In this document: positions 14,081-27,400 of the stretch, piece after piece
How positions within the stretch are numbered: position 1 is the stretch's first letter
How the letters are laid out: every line of letters begins with the position of its first letter
NCBI GenBank assembly: GCA_030704615.1
Contig: CM060731.1
Location: 73,904,001-73,968,000, forward strand
From: Takakia lepidozioides
Taxonomy: Eukaryota > Plantae > Bryophyta
Direction of reading: 5' to 3'
DNA length: 64,000 bases
The notes under the pieces: generated by a model
Told to the model about the DNA's origin: nothing
The model's input: the letters and a program-made list of their open reading frames with translations, nothing else
Database searches by the model: none
Position numbers and translations under genes: made by a program

Positions 14081-14100
14081 TCATTCCCCCTCTGGTTTCA

Positions 14101-15188
14101 CACTACACGACACTATTAGTACTGAGGCGTCGCATTTGCGTCGCTATGCACGACTTAAGGCGACGTCGGGGGAGTCGCATACCCAACCCCCCTAAAAATC
14201 CCCACTAGCGATGTCCCGGACATTGCAATGACTGCGACCCCCGTAGCCATAGCAATACAGATGCACGGAAAATAAAAGAAGAAAACGTCGTTATTTAAAA
14301 GCGACACCCTTGGGTCGCTATTGTTTTGTTTTCTTTCGTTGTATATGACTATTTGTGAGTCCGTCTTTGTTAGGTCTCGGTTCAAAAAATGGCGGGATCC
14401 ACACAGTTCAAAAAAATGGCAGGACATACACTTGCTACGTAGTGGCAGTATCGTAATGTTAAACCTAACCCATGAACATGTGCTTGCAAGTAGCCGACAC
14501 ATATCGAGTTCATAAATCATTCAATGTGTTGTTAGGCAAATTTGAACTAAAGATCTCCAGATTATACACACAGTAAGACGCTTCACACTAGCCAACATAT
14601 CAGTAACTACAAACTTACACACATACATATAATTTAATTGTACATAGGGTAGTTCATGCAGACATCGGTTGTTCGTCAGGACCTCAAAACGACGATCTCT
14701 GGCGTCGCTTTTCCTATACCCCTACTGCAGAAACCAAAAAATGATCAAGTCAATTTTAAGCGACGCCTCAGACATCGTTAAAAATGACTTAGCAAAAATT
14801 CAAAAAAACAAAATCTCAAAAAACAACTCACAGGACGCCGCCCCAATACAACAACCCTCAAGGCGTCACCTTTAAAAAACGATGTTTTTTATTTTATTTT
14901 ATTTTATTTTCCCCCGGGGTGTTTGAAGCGACGTCGCTACCTTCCAACCGACGTACCAGGGGCCAACCCCCAGTCGTCGCAGTAGCTGGTCTGCCACGTT
15001 TGTTTTTAATTTTACTGTAGGACTTGGCTAAATTCACGTTTTTGTGGATTTTGGCATTATTCTTACGACGCCAGAAACGTTGTATGGGGGTCGGGCAACG
15101 CCCAGGGCGGCGCAAGATGGGGCGCAGCAGAGGCATCGCACGGAAGGGCGCCAGGCATCGCTCGGAAGGGCGCCAGGCATCGCTAAAC
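14101..15188 (+). mobile_element. Left end of a CACTA element (truncated)
   Basis: Begins CACTACACGA and carries dense GCGACG/CGTCGC subterminal repeats. No matching right end found. Confidence 0.6.
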
Positions 15189-15723
15189 CCCTAGTTATCA
15201 TTCATGACGTGATGTGGCACTGATAGGTCACGTCACTTCCAGATGTCGCGTCTAGACGCACGTCACGTCACGACCAATCCGAACGTTTATCCATGTATTT
15301 GTTTTTACATTTAATTTTTACGATATACTTCTACCATTTCTAACATGGCAGCCACGGTGTAAAACACACGTGGACAGTGTTTATTTTTCTTAAAATACGC
15401 AACCGCTACAATTTTTTAAAATAAAAAATAAAGAATTGGCGGTCGCTATTTTTTTTAATTAAAAAAAAGATCCGCTTGTACAGTAAGTAGCCGCCATTTG
15501 TTTTTCTCTTTTCAAAGAAATGAAGCGACCACCAAATGGGCAGTCGCAGTTTCTTTTTTAAAATTTTAAATGAAGCAACCACCAGATTGGCAGTCGTTGA
15601 TTGGTTTTTTTTATAAAAAAAACAAAAACGACCCCAAATTGGCCTTCGCTCGGTTTTTTTTTAATTTTAAAAAATTTAGCGACCGCCAATATGGTAGTCA
15701 CTCTATTAAGAAAACCATTCCAA

Positions 15724-15754
<31 letters not shown>

Positions 15755-15939
15755 CTGCAAGCTACCGCAAAATTGGCGGCCGCAGCTTTTATTTATTTAT
15801 TTATTTTATTTATTTCAATTTTATTTTTATTTTGTTTTTAGAAAATGACCTCCAAACTGGCGGTCGCTGGTTTTTTTTAATCTAAAAAATTAAGCGACTG
15901 CCAAATTGGTTGTCGCTGATTTTTTTAATTTAAAAACTG

Positions 15940-17245
15940 ATCCAATCCCTCCTATGCAGTTTAACCAGTATATGGATTCCTTCTGCTGGTTTTTATCTGC
16001 CCCCTTGAAGCTGCTACAGTTTGACCCTGGCGAGTGGGTATGGATGAATAAAAACATGACCTTTTTTTCAATTACTCGGTCAAGATGGGGTATAAGTTGT
16101 TGGTGCCTAAGAGAGGCTTTGATCGAAAATGGTCTGAAAAATGGCAGCATTTACCGGGTCGCCCAATTTCTTGGAAGGCGGGCTGATGTCTGGAAGAAGC
16201 ATAGAGCAACCAAAGTGATGGTTTTTCTATGGAAGGTTGTAAATAGAATCTTGCCAATGACAACGGTGTTCTCAGACACTCCCTCTCACTGTCTCTCGTG
16301 CAATCTGAATGCAGCGGAAGATTTGGATCATTGCCTAGCTCTCTGCCCATTTGCCCGAGCAGTATGGGACAAGGCCCTCCTCTTGTACTCATACTGGTCC
16401 TCTGATTTAGACTCCTCTCCATCTGTTTTGCTACTAAATATTAAGAATGGTTCTATTCATTGCTTTTGTCCAGTATGGGAATCTTTGAGAGGGATAATCT
16501 TTTGGCACATATGGAAAATGAGATGCACAATGTTGTTTCAAAAGGTGAGACCTTGCCTGCACAAAGTGTTGTTTCTGGCTCACTCAGACTTAAGATCTGA
16601 AGCTCGCGAAGCATGGTCGATGCTTGTGTCAGCTTTTTCCAGGTGTACCAACTCTAGGCAAGACAAGCTGCTTGCCTACTTCGACAATTCCTGGGGAAAA
16701 TGCCTCGTTTTCTGTAGAAGAATTTCAGTTCAAGGATTGTGTAGGAAGACTCCATCCCTGCCTATTGGCACCTCAACCAGTACCAAGCAAACTCCTCTGG
16801 AGGCGGATGATGTTGAAGTAAACTGAAGGCACAAGCGTAGTGGGTCTAGGAAAAGGAAATCTAAGACCCAACTCTCTTTTGATGCTCCCAAGAGAAAAAA
16901 AATAAAAATCCATAGGTTGTTCTTATTATTTGTTTCATTTCTCTTTCCTTAAGTTGTGACTGCAGGTGGCCTTGCATACTTCGAACTTCTTTTCAGATGG
17001 TTCGAAGCGCACAACTCTATCTCTTTCTCTTTATTCGATTCCCCATAAGCTTGGTTAGGAAGCGATCTTGATGGCTCTTCAACTTAGCTTTGTTCTCTTC
17101 TTTCTCGATCATTTGGACTTTTGGCTCGGAGTGGTACCTCAGTAATGTGCCTTATGGCTTCCTGTAAGGTTATTTTTTCCTTACCTTTTTTAATAAATCT
17201 ACATGATCCCCCTATTCCTGGAAAAAAAAACAAAAAAAACAAAAA
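15940..17245 (+). mobile_element. 5'-truncated L1 LINE (zf-RVT C-terminus, 3' UTR, A-tail)
   Basis: ORF 15906-16826 has KVMVFLWKVVNRILP...CLSC...EDLDHCLALCPFARAVW...WHIWKMRC. It is followed by AATAAA and an A-rich tail, with TSD AAAAACTG at 15932-15939 and 17246-17253. Confidence 0.88.
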
Positions 17246-18589
17246 AAAAACTGGCAATCGCTTGAAATTAAAGAAAAAATAAATTAAAGCGACCACCAAA
17301 TTGGCAGTCACTGCTTTTTTTTTAAAAAAATCAAGCCACCAGAAAATTGGCTGTCAATTTTGAAATGAAGCGGCCGCTTAATTGGCGATCAATGTTTTTT
17401 TTTTTTTATAAAAAAGAAGCGACCACCAAATTGGCGGTGGCTTCTTCATTTTATTTAAAAATATTAAACGACTGCCAATATAGCGGTTGCTTCACATTTT
17501 TTTAAGAAAATAATGCGACCACCAAATTGGGAATCGTTGTTTTTTTCAAAATAGAAATTAAGCAACCGTAAAATTGGTGGTCGTTTTTGTTTATAAATAA
17601 ATAAAATATGAAGCGATCACCATATTGGTGATCGTCAGTTTTTTAATTTAAAAAAATTAAGCGGCCGCCACTAATGGCGGTCGCTACTTATTCTTCTTCT
17701 TGCTTATGAATAAATTAGCGGCAAGGGCAGGGGCAGGGGCAGGGGCAGGGGAGTGGGTTTGAACCCCACACCTATCGAGAGAGGGCCTCGCCACGTGGCG
17801 TGGCGTCACTCTCCTAAACAATAGGTTGACACAGAAGGGGGGGGTGACAGCGGGTTTGAACCCCCGATCTCTCGATACGCGGGAAAACAACGACATTTCT
17901 CTAAACAATGGATTTAAAGCCTGAGCATTCTGCACCCAGCTCTGTTGGAGCATTCAGAGCATCCCCATTGAGGCCCGCTATTAGCCATGAAAATGGCAAA
18001 ATGTGGTATCAATGAGAAAAACCACAAAAATGGAGCCCCACTGGGGCTTGCTAAAACCCTCGCTTACATTGAGGCCACGACAAATTTCATGAGGGCCCTG
18101 AATCTTGACATGTCCTTCCGGTCCTGCTATCTCCCACGCAACACAAAATCAAAATATGTGGAGTCAAGCGAGCATGAGCGAGCATCCCACACGTGAGAGC
18201 TTGGCGAGCGGGAGGTTTGGCGGGCGCACTAGCGTGCCACTGGTGGGGAGCATTCCGCTTGTAGCCCGCCATCTTCTAGCGGGCTCTGTACATGCCTTGA
18301 TAAATGGCAATTGATGTATCCATATAGCGTGCCACCGGTGGGGAAGCTCTCATGGGCCTATCGCGATTTGTTTCCACGGTGAACAAACCGTTCCCCATTC
18401 AAATGATTTTATGTTGTTTTCAAATCGTGGTACCATAATCCACGTTCTACATACCATATGACAGTCCTGGACAAGTACGAGGTCAATCAGAAGGGGTTCA
18501 AGTGGCAAACGAATAATTCCTCATCCAAATGATTTTGGTTTGTTGTCAAACTTCGCTAGTATGTTCTACATACCATGTAACAAGTCTTG

Positions 18590-18691
18590 ATAGGGCCCAC
18601 CCTCGAAAGGGGGCAGTAGCCGCAAGACGAAGTGGCTCTTAGTTACGCCGACCTCGGCCGAAGTCTTCTCTTTCTCTTTTCTCTCTTTCTG
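18590..18691 (+). mobile_element. ~100-nt structured retroposon-like insertion, copy 1
   Basis: 10-bp TSD ACAAGTCTTG (18580-18589, 18692-18701), TC-rich tail, and homology to the copy at 20559-20649. Confidence 0.8.
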
Positions 18692-20558
18692 ACAAGTCTT
18701 GGACAAGTATGGCATGAATCAAAATTGATTCAAAGGGCGAACAAAAGGTTGTGTATCCAAATGCATTTTACTTGTTTTCAAACTTCGGACAAATATGGCG
18801 TGAATCAAAATTTATTGGAAAGGCGAACAAATGGTTCCTCATCCAAATGATTTTTGTTTGTTTCCAAACTTTGCCAGCATGTTGAATATACCATGTGCTA
18901 AGTCCTGGACAAGTATGGCAAAAATCGAAATTGATTAGAAGGGCAAACCATTTGTTCCCCTTCAAAATGATTTTTATTTCTGTTCAATGTTTGCCAGCAT
19001 ATTCTACATACCCTGAAACAAGTCTCGGACAAATATGGGATCAATCGAAATTCATGAAAAGGGCGAAGAAATGGTTCTTCATCCAAAATGATTTTGTTTC
19101 TTTTCAAAGTTTGCCAGCACGTTCTACATATCCTCAAACAGGTCTAGGACAAGTATGGGATGAAGCAAAATTTATCAAAAGGGCGAATGAATGGTTCTCC
19201 ATCCAAATGATTTTTGTTTCTTTTCAATGTTTGCCAGCACGTTTTATATACCTTCAAACAGGTCCAGGACAAGTATGGGATCAATCAAAATTCATTAAAA
19301 GGGCGAATGAATGGTTCTCCATCCAAATGATTTTCGTTTCTTTTCAATGTTTGCTAGCATGTTCTACATACCCTCAAACAAGTCCAAGACAAGTATGAGA
19401 TCAATTGAACTTCATTAAAATGACGAATGTATGAATTCCATCCAAATGATTTTTGTTTCTTTTCAAATTTTTCCAGCATGTTCCGCATACCCTCAAATAG
19501 GTCCTAGACAAGTATGGGATCAATTGAAATTCATTAAAAAGGCAAAACGTATGGTTCCCCATCCAAATGATTTTTGTTTCTTTTCAAACTTTGCCAGCAC
19601 GTTCTACATACCATCCGACAGACCCCTGACTAATACGAGTGTAATCGAAATTGATTCAAAGGGCCAACGAATCCTCCAAATGATTTGTGTTTCCTTTCAA
19701 ACTTTGCCAGTATATTCTACACACCATCCGACAGTACGTGGACTAATATGAGATGAATCGAAATTGATTGAAAGGGCCAACGAATGGTTGCCCATCCAAA
19801 TGATTTTTGTTTGTTTTCAAACTTTGCCAGTATGTTCTACGTACCATCCAAGAGGTCCTGGACTAATATGAAATCAATCGAAATTGATTCAAAGGGCCAA
19901 AAAATTGTTGCCCATCCAAATGATTTTTGTTTGTTTTCAAACTTTGCTAGTATGTTCTACATACCATCATACAGCTTTTGGACAAATATGAGATCAATCG
20001 AACGTGATTGAAAGGGCGAACAAATTGTTGCCCATCTAAATGATTTCTATGTTCTACCTACCATCCGACAGGTCGTGGACAAATATAAGATCAATCGAAA
20101 TTGGTGGAAAGTGCGAACAAATGGTTGCACATCTAAACGATTTTTTCTTCTTTTCAAACTTTGCCAGTATGTTCTACCTACCATCCGACAGGTCTTGGAA
20201 AAATATGAGATCAATCGAAATTCATTGAAATGGCAAACCAATGGTTCTCCATCCAAATGATTTTTTTTTTTCAAAGTTTGTTAGCATGTCTTAAATTCAT
20301 ATGAGATCAATCAAAATTCATTTAAAAAGCCCACGAATGGTTGCCCATCCAAATAATTTTTGTTTATTTTCAAACAGTGCCAGTATGTTCTACCTACCAT
20401 CCAACAAGTCCTCAACGAATATGAGATGAATTGAAATTGGTTGAAATGGCCAACGAATGGTTGCCTACCCAAATGATTTTTGTTTATCTTCAAACTTTGC
20501 CAATATGTTGTACATACTTTTTAACAGGCCACGAACAAGTATGGGATCAATTGAAATT

Positions 20559-20649
20559 GAGAGAAAAATAGAAGACTCCAGTCCGTGGACCGACGTAACT
20601 AAGAGCCACTTTATCTTGCGGCTATTGCCCCTTTTCGGGGATGGGCCCT
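20559..20649 (-). mobile_element. ~100-nt structured retroposon-like insertion, copy 2
   Basis: 13-bp TSD ATCAATTGAAATT (20546-20558, 20650-20662). Reverse complement of copy 1 with the same GATAGGGCCC end. Confidence 0.8.
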
Positions 20650-20949
20650 ATCAATTGAAATTAATTAAAATGGCGAACAAATGGTTCCCCAACGAAATGA
20701 TTTTTGTTTCTCTTCAAACGCTGCTAGCATGTTCTGCATACCCTCTGGCAGGTCCTAGACAAGTATGGGATGAATCAAAATTGATTAAAAAAAATGAATG
20801 GATGCTTCCCCATCCAAATGATTTTCTATATCATGTGATAGATCATGCACAAGTACGAGATCAATCAGTATGTGGTCAAGTGGCAAAGGAAATTCAAGTA
20901 ACGTGAACCCTAAACCCTACATCCTACACCCTAACCCCTAAACATTTCC

Positions 20950-23760
20950 CTCCCCAACGACGCTCTCACCCTTCAACCAATTTTAGAAATAATTCGAATT
21001 TAAATAAATCTTAAGTAAATAATTAGACTTGAAATGTCTAGGATTGCGGATTTCTGCTACGTAATGATTTTATTTTTGGCTCAATTTTGTTCTGTGAATT
21101 CAATCCTTGCACCACTACATCCATACAAAAACTTGGAGGAAACAAAAATGAGAGATTAATTTTTTTTTTTAAAACATCTTCTTTCACTATTGCAGAAGTC
21201 TCTCTGAAGAATGCATGAAATTGAAGACAAATGGACTTTGGAGTGCAAATCAGGGAAGAAAATATGGTTTTGGGTCCAAATAACTTTTGTTCACTCCCAA
21301 ATTTTGCATGCACATTGTATATGTTGTTGTTAAGCATATGGTTTAAAAATGGAATTAAAAAAAAATCATGTGCAGGCGAGACGCAGTTCATTAGGTCCCA
21401 GAGTAATATGAGATTAAACAGAATTCATTCGATGGGCCAACGGATGGTTTCCTATCCAAATGATTTTTGTTTGCTTTGAAACCTTGGCAGTATGTTCAAT
21501 GCACTATCTCACAGGTCTCGGACTAATATGAGATCAATCAAAATTCATTCAATGGCCCAACGGATGGTTGCCCACCCAAATGATTGTTGTTTGCTTTGAA
21601 ACTTTGTCAGTATGTTTAGTATACCATCCAACAGATCCCAGAGTAATCTGAGATCAAATGAAATTTGTTCAATGGCCTAATGGACGGTTGCCCATCCAGA
21701 TGATTGTTGTTTGCTCTTAAACTTTGCCAGTATGTTCAGTATACCATGTAACGGGTCCCAGAATAATATGAGATTAGACAAAATTCATTCGATGGGCCAA
21801 CGGATGGATGTCCATCCAAATTATTTTTGTTTGCTTTGAAACTTTGGCAATATATTCAGTATACCGTCTCACAGGTCCCAAAGTGATATGAGATGAAACG
21901 AAATTTTGTTCAATGGGCCAAGGACGCGTTCACCTCTCATCCAATTTTGTTCATTGGGAAAAATGAATCATCTCATGGACGAATGGCTATTGCACCCATG
22001 CAACAGGTGTAGTTCAAGCTTAACTTTAGCCTGCATCTGCTTGAATATATGTGCAACACATGTGAAGAGATTTAACCCAAAAAAAAAAAAAAAAAAAAAA
22101 ACATTTGCCTCTTTAACGACGCACTCCTTAAATCGATTATAATAAAAAATTTAAGTAAATCATTAGACTTAGAATGTCTATGATTACGAGTTTTTGCTAC
22201 GTGATGATTTTATTTCTGGCTGAAATTTGTTCTTTGTATTCAACCCTCACACCTGTGCATCCTTACAAAAATTTGGATCAGATAGAAATGGAAAAAAAAA
22301 AAATGTGTTATCTTCGCTCACTATTGCAGAACTCTCTATGAAGAGAGTGCATGAAGTTGAAGACAAATCAACTTTGGATGTAAATGAGGCGCAAAATCGT
22401 GGTTTTGGATCCAAATGACTTTTGTTCACTCCCAAATTTGACACACACATTGTATATGCTGTCGTTAAGCATGTGGTTCAAGAATGGAGCACAAAAAAAT
22501 TCACGAACAGGCGAAATGCAGTCGAATATGTCCCCAACGAATGGATGCCCATCCAAATGATTTTTCTTTGCTTTGATTGGCAGTATGTTCAGTATACCGT
22601 CTCACAGGTCCCCGAGTGATATGAGATGAAACGAAATTCGTTCAATGGGCCAAGGATGCGTTTACCTCTCATCTAATTTTGTTCATTGGGAGAAATGAAT
22701 CCTCTCATGGATGAACGTATTGCACCCATGGAACGGATGTGGTTCAAGCTCAACTTTAGCTTGCATGTGCAGATTCAACCAAAAAAAAAACCCCCACTGG
22801 CACACTCATCCTTCAATTTTGAATTAAATCGATTTTTAAATTAATTTTAAGTAAATAATTAGACTTAGAATGTCTATGATTGCGGATTTATGCTTCGTAA
22901 TGATTTTATTTTCGGCTCAAATTTGTTATGTATATTCACCTTCTTACCTATGCATCCTTGCAAAAAAGTGGACCAAACAAAAAAGAAAAAAAAAAGAAAA
23001 AAAAAATGTGTTCTCTTCGCTCACTATTGTATAACCTCTATGAAGAGTACATGAAGTTGAAGACAAATCAACTTTAGAGTGCAAAATGAGACGCAAAAAT
23101 CGTGGTTTTGGATCCAAATGGTTTTTGTGCACTCCCAAATTTTGCACGCACATTGCATATGTTGTGGTTAAGTACGTGGTTCACGAATGGAGTAAAAACA
23201 AAAATCATGAGTAGGCGAAACGCAGTCCAACAGGTCCCAGAGTAATATGAGATGAAACGAAATTCCTTCGATGCGCCAACGGATGGTTGGCCATCCAAAT
23301 GATTTTTATTGCTTTGAAACTTTGCGTGTATGTTTAGTATACCGTCTCACAGGTCCTAGAGTAATATGAGATGCAACGAAATCCGTTCAATGGGCCAACG
23401 GATAGTTGCCCATTCATTTTTATTTTGCTTTGAAACTTTGTCAGTATATTCAGTATACCATGTAGCAGATCCCAGAATAATATGAGATTAAACGAAATTC
23501 GTTCAATGGGCCAATGGATGGTTGTCCATTCACATGTTTTTTTTGCTTTGAAACTTTGTCAATATGTTCAGTATACCATGTAACAGGTCCCAGAGTAATA
23601 TGAGATCAAACGAAATCCGTTTAATGGGCCAACGGATGGTTGCCCATCCAAATGATTTTTGTACGTTTTGAAACTTTGACAGTATATTCAGTATACCGTC
23701 ACACAAGTCCCGGACTAATACGAGAACGAAATTCATTCAATGGGCCAACGTTCATGTAGT
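20950..23760 (+). repeat. Higher-order repeat: three ~430-bp modules alternating with 120-bp satellite subfamily B blocks
   Basis: Module AAGTAAAT(A/C)ATTAGACTT...TTTTGG(G/A)TCCAAAT...CACTCCCAAAT at about 20960-21392, 22110-22530 and 22800-23230. Monomers at 21453, 21573, 21693, 21813 and 23230-23760. Confidence 0.9.
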
Positions 23761-24399
23761 CGTTCACTCGTTCCCCATCCACATGAATGTTTTTGGGGTT
23801 CGAGAACTTTGTGGGTATGTGATTCATACCTAGATACAAATGATTATCAAACACGAGACTAGGCTACAAGTGGTTTGGAAGATGACCATTTGTTATTGGT
23901 TCACATGAATGTTTCATCTTCTGAAACTTTCTGAGTTAATTGTATATACCCACTTATACGTCATGACCGAATATGAGACCAATGTAAATTTGTTCAAAGG
24001 GTGAACCACTTCTTTCCCATCAACACGAGTGAAAATATGAAGAAAACGTTGCTCATGCAATCGAAATGAAGAGATTTCGCACATGTGTATTAACAAAATT
24101 GGTGTCTACACAAAATTGGCGCTGTGCTATCAGTGTGTTCTTGAAATTCAATGTACAACAAAATCCACCAAGTCTACGTACTATGTTGCTAGTCATTCAA
24201 ATCTTAATCGTCATCGTTGGGCTCCGTTGATGTTGATGTTGATGTTGATGTTGATTAAGGGGACAAAAGATTTGATGTTGTGCCCTAATTTGCGGTGGAA
24301 AACTAGAGAGTCCGGGACCGCGCTCTCGTGGTCAATGAGGGGGCCAAGCCAGATTTCCGCTATGATGGCCAGCATCTGCCTACTTTCTGGCAAAAGTTG

Positions 24400-25680
24400 A
24401 CTTTCTTCCAGACTCTCGCGACGTGACGGAGGTGGTTCGAGTGCAAATGCTCAGGCTGCATGCTAATCGGCAACGAGGCCGTGCACATCCGGCAACAGAA
24501 CACGAGGAACACCATCAAAATGGTTTGTCTAACTTTTCATCCATTTGTCCACAACTGCCTTGATGTTAGCCTTGAAAGTTTCCAACCCCCTCTCGTGGGC
24601 CCAGTCTCTCACCATTGTGTCATCGCGACGAAGAACATCCTCGTACGCTGCATTCATTCGGCGATGACATGATATAACATATTTCAATTCCAACAACAAC
24701 AAATGTCTCCCAATCGATTGTCGGTAATGTAATTCATTTTGTTCCGGCACCGATGGAACCTTTGGAAGCTCCCCTTTGTCTAATGCCCTCCCAAATTACG
24801 ACAAAACTGCTCTCTCTCCCACCAATCGGTTATGCCTCTTGTACGTACCGTTATCTCCCAGTCAGATGTGACCCAAAAACATTGGGGTGATCTAACGTAT
24901 TGTGGGTTTGCGGCGTGTATGTTATGCATTCATCTGCCTACATCCCACAACAAGTTTTTGCCCCAATGCAGACAATTGAGAAAATATAAATGGTTGCCCA
25001 TCCAATGGGAGATTGTGCCAATTGTACTCATAACCTATTGGCATAAGGTCCTCCAAGCCCATGAGCTCATATAATCGGCAATGGATTGGTGCACAACATT
25101 CTGGGCAAGCACTTGCGCGTAAGGATGTCTAGATAAAACATGTGGGATGGATCATATGTCCATATGATCTAAGTACATGATCGCCCTCTGGGCCGTAAAG
25201 ATTTATGTGCATCGAACTTTGTGAACCATCTGATATCCATAATGACACAATGCCTCTCCCCCTTCCAAGCCGCGTCGTGGCCGCATCGATGTGGCTGCTC
25301 ATCCTTGTTGTGGTATCCCACTCTTCCTCTATCTCCAATTCTCTGTTTATGTTTTGTTCGAATTCAAAATATTATGTCAGTTGGTCAACCCGGAGAACAT
25401 GGGGACGTTGCTGACATCGTTATACATTTGCATGTTATCATAAATGTTATCTATGCTACGGTTTGACATACATGTGACACGTTGTAAGGTAGACAGTGTC
25501 TGCTCTACCCGCGCTTCTCTGGAGGCCGGGTGGGTCGCCCATTGTACCCAATTCTCCCAATCGCCATTCAATGGTACCCATGCCCGAATCTCCAAGGCTT
25601 TTGACAAACGTCATGCAGTTGCCATGACAATGTCCCGCTCCTTTGCAAACCAACTACAAAGGTATCATGCTTAGGTAGTA
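24400..25680 (-). pseudogene. Degraded ORF with a RING-H2-like remnant, internal to the large element
   Basis: The frame of ORF 25338-25129 reads GHMIHPTCFI*TSLRASACPECCAPI, similar to the C-terminal half of RING-H2 (GHxxHxxC...CPxC). Many stops and frameshifts. Confidence 0.35.
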
Positions 25681-26877
25681 CCTCCACCCGAATAAATGTC
25701 AGAATAGTCGCTCCAATTACAAAAAACAAAAAAAAAACGACTGCCGATAATGACAGTCGCTTCATTAAAAAAATAATCTAATTAGAAGCGACCGCCAATG
25801 TAATTAATAAAAAAAACCTAATTATAAGATACCGCTAGTGGCTTAATTTTTAAAATAAATTAATTAGAAAAAACATTTAAAAACATAATTAAAAGTGACC
25901 GCCAATGGTGGTCACTTCATTTTTAAAACAATATAAAATTAAAAAATATATATAAGAGGAAACCGCCAGTGTCTCCTCATTTAATTAGAAACGACCGCCA
26001 ATGGCAGTCGCTTTATTTAAAACGTAAATTAATATGAGAAGACCGCCAGTGGCAGTCTCTTCATTTAAGAAAACATTTAAAAAAAATATTATGGTAGTCG
26101 CTTCATTTTAAAAACAAAATAAATTAGAAGTGACCAAAAAACAAAATAGATTAGAAGCATTGACAGTCGCTTCATTTAAAAAATAAATTAATATAAGGAG
26201 ACTGCCACTGACGGTTGCTTCATTTAAAAATTAAATTAATATGAAGAGATCACCGGTAGCGGTCTCCTCATTTAAAGAAAATATGTTTTTATTTATTTTT
26301 TATTTTATTTCAAAAATATGGCATTCACTTCATTTTAAGAATAAATTAATATGCAGTCTCTTCATTATATTTGTATTATATTACATTATACTTTTTTTTT
26401 TGTAGCGGTTGAATTAAAAAACAAAATAAAACAAGTTTAAAAAAAAAATCTAGAATATGGCATTCGCTTCATTTAAAAAACAAAATAAATTAAAAGCGAC
26501 CGCCAATACGACGTTTTTTGTTTTTTTCTCTATTTTTAAATTAAAACGACCGCGCTTGTTTTTATTTTTATTTTTAACATAAGGCTACCGCCTATGTGGC
26601 GGTCAATCTGGATTTTTTTAAATTTCCAAATATAAAGCGACCACCACAATTGGCGGTTGTTTTTATTTCATATTTTCCATAATTTATTTACCATATCTAC
26701 CGTATCAGCGACATTGCTGCTTACGTGACAAAAGTTTATTTTTTATTTTTAACTAGAATACTCCCTGAACCTGATGTGACGGAGGTCTCGTCAACATCAG
26801 GTTTGACGTGACCTGACACTGATTGACGGACGTGACGCTGATAAGCAGGGCTCAACCTCCATAAATATACTAGTGAC

Positions 26878-27400
26878 TATACAAACAAAACCAAATCACA
26901 AATTTTGTAGTGGGCCTAAGTGTCTTTTCCCAGTTTTCGGAGTCATCTTCAAAAAATTAATCTCAGGGGTCCATCTCTCAATTTGAACATGCCCCACCCT
27001 CTGTAGGTCTGAACCACACAAACAAAACCAAATTAGAAATTTGTTTTATGATGCGGAAGTGTCTTTTTCAAGTTTTGGGAGTCCTCTTTGATAAATTGAC
27101 CATATCTCAGCCATCATTCACTCAAATTGAGTGAGGGATATTGCCACATGCTCATGTAGATATGCCCGACCCTCTGCAGGTCTAAACCACACAAACACAA
27201 CCAACCTCCAAATTTCTTAGGGGCCTAAGTGCCAATTTCAAGTTTTGGGAATCTTTTTTTGAAAATCAACAATGTCTCGGCCATCTCTCACTCAAATTGA
27301 GCGAGGTATGATGCCACATGCTCATCTAAATATGCCCCACACCCTGCAAGTCTTAACTACAAAAAAGAAAGCACAATCTAATTTTCTTAGGGTGGTTGAA
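26878..27400 (+). repeat. ~170-bp tandem repeat, about 3.3 copies
   Basis: ACAAACAAAACCAAAT...AAGTGTCTTTT...CTCAAATTGA...ATGCCCCACCCTCTG recurs at about 26880, 27017, 27189 and 27360. Confidence 0.8.

Larger units (their letters stand above)
18380..20900 (+). repeat. 120-bp tandem satellite, subfamily A (about 18-20 monomers)
   Basis: Monomer CCATCCAAATGATTTTTGTT...CAAACTTTGCCAG...GGACAAGTATG...ATCAATCGAAATT recurs every ~120 bp (e.g. 19081, 19201, 19321, 19561). Confidence 0.95.
15189..26850. mobile_element. Large foldback-type DNA element with long AT-rich arms of GCGACCGCCA(A)/TTGGCGGTCGC palindromic repeats
   Basis: The left end CCCTAGTTATCA...AGGTCACGTCA... matches the reverse complement of 26762-26850 (CCCTGCTTATCA...AGGTCACGTCA...). 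The arms at 15400-17690 and 25740-26660 share the repeated palindrome. No transposase was recognised. Confidence 0.6.

Noticed and set aside
17724-17752. G-quadruplex-like (GGGGCA)n
   Set aside because: Simple repeat inside TE-derived sequence with no functional context.
18895-19751. ORFs with 40-aa repeats
   Set aside because: By-product of the 120-bp satellite monomer; frames break in neighbouring monomers.
18380-23760. CRISPR-like regular repeats
   Set aside because: Whole monomers are homologous; there are no spacers and no cas genes.
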